Both the position numbers and the translations under genes were made by a program. The notes beneath the pieces are model-generated. The model had not been told where the DNA came from, made no database searches, and saw only the letters and a list, made by a program, of their open reading frames with translations. Shown in pieces: positions 26,204 through 36,000 of a stretch of 64,000 nucleotides of DNA. Within the stretch, counting starts at the first letter, position 1, and each line of letters begins with the position of its first letter. This DNA is from Reyranella sp. (GTDB lineage: Bacteria; Pseudomonadota; Alphaproteobacteria; Reyranellales; Reyranellaceae). Where the stretch lies: NCBI GenBank assembly GCA_036493235.1, contig DASXQC010000192.1, positions 332-64,331 on the forward strand, in the 5' to 3' direction.

Positions 26204-28183
26204 ATGGTTGGGTTGGCTGCCTGGCGGGTTGGGGACATGGGTAGGTATGGAAGTATCCGAAGCAAGCAGATCATTGCGTTCGTCCATGACGTCGCGATGG
26301 CGGTGATAGCCGTCTTCGTCGCCGTGATGTTCCGCTTCGGAAGCTTCGACGCGCTCGAGGAACGCGGCCTGCTCAGCGGCGCGATCGTGCCGTTCACCGC
26401 TGGCGCAACAATTGCTCTGATCCTGCTGCGAACCTATCGGACGAGCTGGCGGCACGTATCGACAGCCGACCTCGTCACCATCGTCCAGTCGGCGACCCTA
26501 GCGGTGCTGATTTACCTGCCGCTGTCCTTCGTCACAACCCGCCTCAGCGAGATCCCACGCACTTTCGTGCTGATCGCCTGGGTGCTGTTCATCGTGCTGA
26601 TGTCGGGCACCCGCGTCGCTTACCGCCTCAGCCACGAGCGCGGCGTACTCTTCATGAACCGCTCGCGCCGGCCTGGCCAGATGCCGGTGCTGGTGATTGG
26701 CGGCGGCACAAACGCCGAGATATTCCTGCGCAGCCTCAACGACAAGGCAGAGTACTATGCCGTCGGCGTGCTCGATGACAACTTCTCCGGCACCCTGCTC
26801 CGTGGCGTTCCCGTGCTGGGCCGCATTGACGAGGCCGAGAAGGCCGTCGAAAGCTTCAGCGAGGAGAGCCGGCCGCGCAAGCTGGTGGTAGTCGACCGAA
26901 CGCTCGCTCCGCAAGTCATCGAGAGGCTGGTCGCAGTAGTCGCTCGGCTTGGCATCACGATCGCCCGCGTGCCCGACCTCACCCAGCTTCGGCCCGGCAC
27001 CGAGGATAGAGCCGAGCTGCAGCCGATTTCGGTCGAGGACCTGCTGGGCCGCTCCCAGATCGTGCTCGATCCGTCGCCCGTGAAGAACCTGATCGCCGGC
27101 AAGCGCGTGCTGGTCACCGGCGCAGGCGGCTCGATCGGTTCGGAGATCGTCCGCCAGGTGTGCGGCTTCCGCCCAGCCGCGGTCTGCCTGGTCGACGCCA
27201 CCGAGCTCAACCTTTACACGATCGACGGCGAGGTCGCGCGCGAATGGCCACCGTTCGAGCGCGTGGCGCGGGTGGTCGATGTCCGCCATCGCAGCGGCAT
27301 CGCCGCCTGCATGGCCGCGTTCAGGCCCGACATCGTGTTCCATGCAGCCGCGCTCAAGCACGTGCCGATCGTCGAGGCCAATCCGGCCGAAGGCATCTGG
27401 ACCAACGCGATCGGCTCGCGAAACGTCGCCGACGCCGCTGTGGCCGCCAAGTGCGGGACGATGGTACTGATCTCGACCGACAAGGCGGTCAACCCGACCA
27501 ACGTGATGGGCGCCAGCAAGCGCTGCGCCGAGAGCTACGTGCAGGCGCTCGCCCTCTCCCAGGCCCGCCTGCCCGGTGCCACGCGCTTCGTTGCCGTGCG
27601 CTTCGGCAATGTGCTGGGCTCGACCGGCTCGGTGGTGCCACTGTTCGAGCGCCAGCTCAAGGCGGGCGGTCCGCTCACCGTCACGCACCCGGACATCGAG
27701 CGTTTCTTCATGACTATCCGCGAGGCGGTGCAGCTCGTCCTGCAGGCCTCCGCCCTCGGCACCCAGGAGCTCGCGGTGCAGGGCCGGGTGTTCGTGCTCG
27801 ATATGGGCCAGCCGGTGAAGATCGTCGATCTCGCTCGCCAGATGATCCGCCTCGCTGGCCTGCGCCCCGAGATTGACGTCGCCATCGAATTCACCGGGCT
27901 ACGCCCCGGCGAGAAGCTTTACGAAGAACTATTCCACTACGGCGAGCAGATCGAGGCGACCACCATCCCCCGGATCAATGTCGCCTCGCCGCGCACCGCC
28001 AGCTTGCGCGAGTTGACCGAGGCCCTGCAACGGCTGCAAGTGCTCTGCGAGGCTGGCAACGCGGTCGAGGCGATCGCAATCGTGAGGTCGCTGGTGCCAG
28101 AGTACACATCCTCCGATGCGGCTGTCGGGCCGGCCGTGGTTCTGGAACCCGCCAGGATCTATTCCAGGATTCGACTGCAATAA
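26204..28183 (+). CDS. Membrane-bound UDP-GlcNAc 4,6-dehydratase (CapD/WbpM/PglF family)
   Basis: Four N-terminal TMs, EDLLGR, TGAGGSIGSEI, HAAALKHVP, STDKAVNPTNVMGASK, RFGNVLGS and GLRPGEKLYEEL; alternative start at 26237. Confidence 0.93.
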   Translation: MVGLAAWRVGDMGRYGSIRSKQIIAFVHDVAMAVIAVFVAVMFRFGSFDALEERGLLSGAIVPFTAGATIALILLRTYRTSWRHVSTADLVTIVQSATLAVLIYLPLSFVTTRLSEIPRTFVLIAWVLFIVLMSGTRVAYRLSHERGVLFMNRSRRPGQMPVLVIGGGTNAEIFLRSLNDKAEYYAVGVLDDNFSGTLLRGVPVLGRIDEAEKAVESFSEESRPRKLVVVDRTLAPQVIERLVAVVARLGITIARVPDLTQLRPGTEDRAELQPISVEDLLGRSQIVLDPSPVKNLIAGKRVLVTGAGGSIGSEIVRQVCGFRPAAVCLVDATELNLYTIDGEVAREWPPFERVARVVDVRHRSGIAACMAAFRPDIVFHAAALKHVPIVEANPAEGIWTNAIGSRNVADAAVAAKCGTMVLISTDKAVNPTNVMGASKRCAESYVQALALSQARLPGATRFVAVRFGNVLGSTGSVVPLFERQLKAGGPLTVTHPDIERFFMTIREAVQLVLQASALGTQELAVQGRVFVLDMGQPVKIVDLARQMIRLAGLRPEIDVAIEFTGLRPGEKLYEELFHYGEQIEATTIPRINVASPRTASLRELTEALQRLQVLCEAGNAVEAIAIVRSLVPEYTSSDAAVGPAVVLEPARIYSRIRLQ

Positions 28184-28490
28184 ATCGGCGGATCATCGAG
28201 CGGGCTATGCCTACCCGTCACCACGCCTTGCTTGATTGGGCGCGCGCCGGTGGTGGCATTCGAGATCGACCAGCCGCCAAGTTTGCCGCCGGCAATCGCG
28301 AGGTGCCGATACTCGAGCAGGCGTCGGCCTGACTTGGCGCGCGTCGGATCAACCCCGCCTTGGCATTTTCTCTCACTGCGCCTCCGACGCCACGTCCGCC
28401 CGATTCTGCTCGCCGATATGTGAGCTTTCTTAAGCTGATGCCTCATAAATATGAGAAGACGCGCCCCTTCCGTGGCGCCCATCCAGCGCA

Positions 28491-28518
28491 AGAAAAGGGC
28501 GGCCGGAGGCCGCCCTTT
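28491..28518 (-). terminator. Rho-independent terminator downstream of ompA
   Basis: Minus strand reads AAAGGGCGGCC-TCC-GGCCGCCC-TTTTCT: GC-rich stem plus U-tract about 20 nt after the ompA stop. Confidence 0.8.
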
Positions 28519-28539
28519 CCGATTTCGAGGGTGATCGCC

Positions 28540-29505
28540 TTACTGGAGGACGATCTCGACGCGGCGGTTCTGCGGCTCGCGCACGCCGTCGGCGGTCTGC
28601 ACCAGCGGCTGGGTCTCGCCCTTGCCGATGACCGAGATCGCCGTGGCCGGCACGCCGTCGCGCACCAGGGCGTCCTTGACCGCATTCGCACGGCGCAGCG
28701 ACAGCGCCATGTTGTAGTCCTCCGGACCCGAGCGATCAGCGTGACCGGTCGCGGTGATGCGGGCCTTGCCTGTCGCCTTGAACTGGTCAGACGCCTGGCG
28801 GATCGTATTCAGCGCCTGTTGCGACAGGTTCGAGCGGTCCCAATCGAAGAACACCATGAACGACGGCGCAGCGGCGGCCGGCGGCGGTGGCGGGGGCGGT
28901 GCGGCCTCGGGCTGCCCGAACTTGTAGGCGATGCCAGCCAGTGCCAGGAAGTTATGATTCGGGCTAGAGAAAGTCTGGCCACCGACGTTGATGCTCGGGT
29001 TGGTTGTGCCAACATAGCGTGCCTCGAGGCCGAACGTGAACCGATTGGTCAGGTTAACGCGAACACCGGCCAGAGTATCCCATGCGAACTGCGTGCTTCC
29101 GAGAGGCGAATTGCTATCGATGAACGCGATACCCGGGCCGGCGCCGACATACGGCGTCACAAAGCAGGTTGGGCAGAAATCGTAAGAGAGGTTCACGAGG
29201 GCCGTGAGCTGAGCCGCGCTGCCCACGATGGCCGTTCCCGGGACGACGACGTTGAGCGGCGTCCGACCATAACCGACATCGAGATCGACGCGGGGCCCCA
29301 CGAAGTCATAGCCGAACTTACCACCGACCACCCAGCCGACGCCCGCACTGTTCGCTCCGCTCAGCGGGGTAGTGATACCACCGCCAGCGCCGACATAAAG
29401 GCCAGGCTGAACATTGATGGTGTTAGGTTGTAGCCCAAAATCCTGAGCCTGAGCTGTGCCCGTCAGCGCTGCCAACGTCACAGCGGCGACAAATACCTTC
29501 CCCAT
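28540..29505 (-). CDS. OmpA family outer membrane protein (N-terminal beta-barrel, Pro linker, OmpA-C domain)
   Basis: Signal peptide (TAQA), barrel strands (TPYVGAG, GIAYKF), PPPPPPP linker, FFDWD, GHADRSG..YN..LS.RRA and NRRVEI; ATG 29505 with a GGGGAG RBS. Confidence 0.92.
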   Translation of the reverse strand: MGKVFVAAVTLAALTGTAQAQDFGLQPNTINVQPGLYVGAGGGITTPLSGANSAGVGWVVGGKFGYDFVGPRVDLDVGYGRTPLNVVVPGTAIVGSAAQLTALVNLSYDFCPTCFVTPYVGAGPGIAFIDSNSPLGSTQFAWDTLAGVRVNLTNRFTFGLEARYVGTTNPSINVGGQTFSSPNHNFLALAGIAYKFGQPEAAPPPPPPPAAAAPSFMVFFDWDRSNLSQQALNTIRQASDQFKATGKARITATGHADRSGPEDYNMALSLRRANAVKDALVRDGVPATAISVIGKGETQPLVQTADGVREPQNRRVEIVLQ

Positions 29506-30098
29506 TGATCGCTCCCCATGCCGATTGAAGCCGAAGTCCCAAGTGCTCGCCAATTTATTGCTGCGAAGGATAAACTAAAACCATCGCGTTGTCGGCACGA
29601 GCGCGTCTTTACCTGCATTGTTCTCTAGACATGGTGTACCCATACCATACTCTTGGCAATCGCGATCCCTATTTGCCACTAGGAAACTGCCGCCCAGCGG
29701 CGCCTTGCGCGCGGCGCGCGTGACGCCACCGAGATTGGCGTTCTGTCACGAAAAGTTGGGTACCACCGATACAACTGGCATCGACCTTATGGCAGTATCG
29801 ATGCCGTGGCCTCATCGGCACTCGGTCCAACCAGGAACTCGCTATTGAAGCTCAATGGAAAAGAGGCGAGAAATTTCGCCAGTGTTTTCTTGCATCAAAG
29901 CGACCGCCTGGGGCAAAATGCGTGCGCAGAGAGGAAGATCAGCGGCGCCGCCGCCACGCAAGCTAAATCGTGAATAGATCTCACGTTTGTAGGAAAACGA
30001 GAGATCTGACATTCGTGCTGCGGAACTAAGGAAGGCTTGTTCAGCAGGGTGTGAATGGGGATTGGGAATCGCCATTCAAGCGGGGATGAATAGCGGCA

Positions 30099-33000
30099 AT
30101 GCAATCAAAGGACGAAGTAGCAATCGTCGGCTACGCGTGCCGACTGCCCGGCGCCCGGCACAGTCGAGAACTGTGGAAGCTCCTCAAGAACAATCGCTGC
30201 ACCGTTACTCAGATCACACCCGATCGCTTCCCGATCCAGGGTTTTCATCATCCGTCTCCCGATCAGAAGGGCCGCAGCTACACCTTCGCCGCCGGCGTGA
30301 TCGACGATGTCTGGGGCTTCGATGCCTCAGCCTTCGGCATGAGCCCGCGAGAGGCCGAGCAGGTCGATCCACAGCACCGCCATCTACTCGAAGTCACCTT
30401 CGACGCGCTCGCCCATGCGGGAATCCGCCCGTCGAGCCTCGCGGGCACTGACACCGGCGTCTATGTCGGCGTCTCGTCGGTCGACCACGCCACCCGCTTC
30501 TTTGCCGATCCGACCGTTGCCGACGTTCACATGATGACGGGCAATTCGTTGAGCATCATGTCGAACCGCATTTCCTACACGCTGGACTTGCGCGGTCCGA
30601 GCCTCTCGATCGACACGGCCTGCTCTTCTTCCCTGGTCGCGCTTCATCTCGCTTCGGAGGCCATTCGCAACGGCACGATCGACACCGCAATCGTTGCCGG
30701 CGCCAACTTGATCCTTTCGCCCTACTCCTACGTCGGTTTCTCTCGTGCCTCGATGCTGTCGCCAACCGGCCTCTGCCGGCCGTTCGACGCAGGCGCTGAC
30801 GGTTACGTCCGCGCCGAAGGCGTCGTCGCCGTCGTCTTGCGTTCGATCCAGGCCGCACACCGGTCGCGCAACCACATCCACAGCGTCGTCGTCGGCTCGG
30901 CCATGAACCAGGACGGCCGCACGACAGGCATGTCGCTGCCGTCAGCCGAATCGCAGCGCGCCCTCCTGGAGAGCATCTACAGCGAATTCTCCGTCGATCC
31001 CGCCGATCTCCTCTTCGTCGAGGCGCACGGCACCGGCACCCAGGTCGGCGATCCGATCGAGGCGGATGCGCTGGGCAAGGGCTTGGGTCAGCAGCGGGCT
31101 CGCCCGCTGCCAATCGGCTCAATCAAGTCGAACGTTGGCCATCTGGAGCCAGTATCGGGTCTGGCCGGCCTCCTGAAGACCGTCATGGCTCTCAATCACG
31201 GCATGGTGCCGGCGACGCTGCACCACAAGTCGCCGAGCCCGAACATCGCCTTCGACGAGCTCAATCTTCGGGTGATCGACCGCAACTGGCGGCCCTCCGA
31301 GCAGCAGGGTAGCATGCTGGCCGGCGTCAACTCCTTCGGCTTCGGCGGTACCAACGCGCATGCGATCCTGCGGAGGGAGGCCGCGACCGAGCGGTTGGTC
31401 TATCTGCGCGCGAACGCTCCTCCGCCTCCGCTTCTAATCACCGCTCATAACAGTGACGGCGTGGCTTCACTCGCCAAGGCCTTCGACATGCAATGGCCGC
31501 GCGAAAGGCGCGCCGTTCCCGAATTCATCGGTGCAGCCGCCTATCTGCGCGATGCCCTGCCCCATCGTGCGCTGATTCGTGGTGGGACGGCGGAAGAAAT
31601 CCGCCGCAACGTGCGCGAGTTTGCGGAGAAGGGCACTGCACCGTCGGTGCTGACGGGACAGGCGCTGGGCAACGAATTGCCGGTCACCTTCCTCTTCTCC
31701 GGAAATGGCTCGCAGTGGTCAGGCATGGGCCGGCGAGCATGGCAGGGCAACGTCCACTTCCGGGAAGCACTTACGGAGATCGACGGACACTTCCGGAAGG
31801 TCCAGGCTTGGTCGATCGTCGACGAACTCTTCGTCGAGAACCTTGCCGATCGGCTGCGACGTGCGACTTACTCGCAACCCCTGTTGCTCGCTCTTCAGGT
31901 CGCCACCGTTCGCGCCCTCGAACAGAGCGGCCTCACGGCCTCTGCGGTCATGGGTCACAGTGTCGGTGAGGTGTCGGCCGCCTGGGCCAGCGGCGCGCTC
32001 AGCTTGGAGCAAGCGATCGACGTGGTCATCGCCCGCAGCCGACATCAGGAGTCGACTCACGGTACCGGCAGCATGGCGGCGTTGATGCTGAGCGAGCGCG
32101 AGGCGCGACGCTTTTTGAAGATGGCCAACGCCCAAGAAGTCGACGTTGCCGCGATCAACAGCTGGCGCAGCGTCACCGTCTCCGGCCCCACGCCCGAGAT
32201 CGACCGGCTGCTCGCGGCAGCGGAGAAGGCCCGCGTCAGCGCGCGCCGCCTCGATCTCGATTATCCCTTCCACAGCGCTTTGGTGGATCCGGTCCGCGCG
32301 CCGCTGCTGCGCGAACTCGAGGGTCTGAAGCCGCACGCGAACCGACGCAAGCTCGTCTCGTCGGTAACAGGCGAGGCGATCGACGGCCAAAGCCTTAGCG
32401 CCGAGCATTGGTGGCGCAACGTCCGCGATCCAGTACAGTTCGACTCAGCGCTCGCTTGCCTCTTGAATGATGGCTATCGCGTTTTCGTTGAAGTGGGCCC
32501 TCGTCCCGTTCTCACCAGTTACGTCCGCGACGTGCTGCGCGAGAAGGGCAATCGGGGCATTGTCGTCGAAGCAATGAACGATGCCGATGGTCCGCAGGAC
32601 CCGCTAGAGCTGGCTGTCGCGCGCGTCCTGCTTGCCGGCGGCAAGATCGACCAGCAGCGTGTATTCGGACCACCGCCGGCTACGGCTGTGCTGCTGCCGC
32701 TCTATCCTTGGCAACACACGCCCTTCAAGATGCAACCCACGATCGAAAGCAGCATGCAGCTGATCGACGTGGCGCATCCTCTGTTAGGACAACGTCCCCG
32801 CTTCGATTCGGCCGAGTGGTTCTCCATCGTCGACCCCGTGCTGTTTCCCTGGTTGCAGGACCATAAGGTGGGTGGCGTCGCGGTATTCCCCGCCACCGCC
32901 TATGTCGAGGCCGTGCTCGCCGCAGCAAGCGAAATCCTGGGCAGTGTCGCCCTCGAACTCCGCGATTTTGATATCGTCCGGCCCATCATCTTCGACGGCC

Positions 33001-36000
33001 GCACTTCGCATGAGACCAAGGTCCGCTTCTCAGTGGAAAGCGGTCTCGCTGAATTTTACTCGCGCCTGCGTGGCGGCCTGGCCGACTGGAGCCTGAACGC
33101 GCGGGGAATCGTCCGCCGCTCTCCGATCACGGCTAAGCTCGTGACACCGGCCGGGACCGGCCCCGTGACGGTGAAGAAGGCCAGGATTTACGAGTGCGCA
33201 CAGGAATTGGGCTTCACCTATGGTCTGGCGTTCCAGCGAATGCAGCAGGTCTCCTATCCTCATCCCAAACGCGCCGTCGCGCCTCTCGATCCGCCATCCT
33301 TCCCCATCGAGGGTGCTTACGTCACCGACCTGACAGCATTCGACTCGGCCTTCCATACCCTGTTCGCCACCGAGGAAGCCGGCGTGGCCGACCAGCCGAT
33401 GACGCGCATGGTACCCATTCGCCTGGGCTGCGTGCGGCTCTACAAGCCGGGTGTGGTGGCGAAGTCTGTCATCGTGCGTACAGTCCGTCAGTCGCCCACA
33501 TCGATTACTCTCGATATCGAGCTTCGCGACGATAAGGGTGACATCGTTCTCGCCGCCGATGAGGCGCGCCTGATCGAAGCTCCGGCGGATGCCCTGACCG
33601 ACCCTGCCGCGCTGGGTTACCGAACGACCGCGTGGCATCTCGATCGGGAAGGCAAGGCATCGCGATTGATTCCTCTTCGCGAGTCCGTAGCGCCGACCAC
33701 GAATGCGCCCGCAAGTCTCGACGAATCGCTGCTGCTGCTCGAAGCGGGGTGCCTGCGCTCCGCTTGGCAGGCGCTCGCCGTTGCAGACGAGGTATCAGCC
33801 GACGAAGCTGTGACTGCGACTTGGCGCGAGTTCTATCGCGCCGGCCTACTCTGGCATTTGGAACTCCGCAACCTCGCACACGAGAAGGACGGCAAGCTTG
33901 TCCCGTCGCTGACTTGTGACCTCCCGCAGGTTGCCTCCATTCTGGGCTCGCTGACGGTGCGCCACCCAACCATGACGGTGGAAGCCACGAGCCTTGCCCG
34001 GATCGACGAGATTCTTGGCCGGCTCCTGTCTGCCGACCCTGATGCGATACACGAGCTGACCTCGGCCCACTGGCGCAATCTCGGGTTGGCCTCGAGCCAG
34101 ACGCAGCTGTTGCGTCAGTCCGTCGTCGGCCATCTGAATGCGATCATTGAGCAAGCCGACGACGATCGCCTCTTCCGTGTTCTCATGGTCGGCAGCGAGC
34201 ACCTTACCGCCGGCCACGACCTCATCAACCGCTTCGGCAATCTCGAACTGTTGGTGACCGACGTCGATCCCGGCCGCCTCGAACAGGCGAGACTTGCGGC
34301 TGGCGATTCAGAGGCCCGCATCCGCTGGGTGGCGTGGACGTCGCTCGGGGAACTCGCGCCGCGGAGCATCGATCTCGCCTTCGCGATCGATGCGCTGAGC
34401 GAGGTTGCAGCCTTCGACGGCGGCCTCGCGTCGGTAATACGCGTGCTGCGGCCGGGAGCGCCCGTCGTCGCGGGAGAGCTGAGCCCCAGTCTCTTCTGGG
34501 ACATCGTTCGGGGCACGAAAGCCACCTGGTGGGCCCGGTCCGCCAACCCAGCCTTTCCTGTCGGCGCGCTGTTGACGCGTCAGGAGTGGATCGACGAGTT
34601 GGACCTGGCCGGCATGAGATCGGCGTCAGCAAGTTCGGTAGTGGATGGCACGCATATTGGCATTTTCATCCAGGCCATCGCCCCGGCAGCTGCCCCCGAC
34701 GAGAGTTCGGGCGCCGAGTCGGTCTTCTCCTGGGAAGGCGATGATGCCAGCGAATCCAAGGGGAACGTCCAACTGCGCAGCCGTGTCGCTGAGCGCCTTG
34801 GCGAGCAGCCCCCGGATCTAGCCTCTCCTGCCCGACCGACGACGGACATCGTATGGACGATCGCCGCTATGCGCGCGATGGCCGATCCGATGGCCGTCCT
34901 AACACGTCATCTCGCCGGCATTGCCGCACGCTGCCGGCGGATCGGCGATACCGTCCGGCGCCTGTGGATTCTGATCGAGTTCGATCAGGTCGAAGATGTC
35001 ACCCAGCCTCTTGCTCTACCGGTCTGGACCTCGGTCACGTCGGCGATGCGCGTAGCGCAGAACGAATATGCCGGACTCCAGATCCGCTGCCTTGGCCTTG
35101 CCGATACTACCGCATCGACGATCGACCGGACCGCGGACGAATTGATGGCACCCGAAGCCGATCGAGAGATCTTCGTTTCGGGCGCGCATCGCACAATCGT
35201 CCGCATCCGTCGCGGAGCGACCGCAAGGGCTGTCGCCGACGCCGCCCCCGACGCCGATCACACCGCGATTGGCCTGTCGCCGCGCGCCGAGCATGGCCGC
35301 CTCGCCTGGATCACGGAGGAAAGGTCCTTCCCCAAGGTGGGTGAGATCGAGGTCAAGGTGGCGGCGACCGGCCTAAACTTCCGGGACGTAATGTGGAACC
35401 TTCGCCTGCTGCCGGAGGAGGCGCTCGAGGAGGGCTATGCAGGAGCCAGCCTCGGCATGGAATGCGCTGGCATTGTCACGCGAGTTGGCGCCAACGTCGA
35501 TACGGTGAGGCTCGGCGACAAGGTCGTAGGTTTCGCCGCGCACGCCTTCCGAAGCCATGTCGTCGCGCCTGCCTTCACTTTCGCGCGGATGGCGGACGAT
35601 CTCACCTTCGATGCCGCGAGCACTATCCCAGTCGCGTTCCTCACGGCGTACTACTCGCTTCTGCATCTCAGCCGGTTGAAAGGTGGGGAGACTGTCCTGA
35701 TCCACGGTGGGGCGGGCGCAGTCGGCCTTGCCGCGGTCCAGATCGCGCGCCTGGTCGGTGCACGGATCGTCGCCACGGCGGGCAGCGAGGAGAAGCGCGC
35801 ATTCCTCCGCCACTATGGCGTGGATTTCGTCTGCAATTCGCGGACGCTGACCTTCGCCGATGAGATCAACGCTTATACGAACGGCAAGGGCGTCGACGTC
35901 GTCCTGAACTCGCTGGCGGGCGAGGCTATGAGCCGTTCGATGGACTGCCTGCGTCCCTTCGGCCGTTTTGTCGAGCTGGGCAAGCGCGATTTCTACGCCA

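Noticed and set aside
28184-28490. About 300-bp spacer between the CapD-like gene and the ompA terminator as a small gene or sRNA
   Set aside because: No convincing ORF, RBS or recognisable RNA structure
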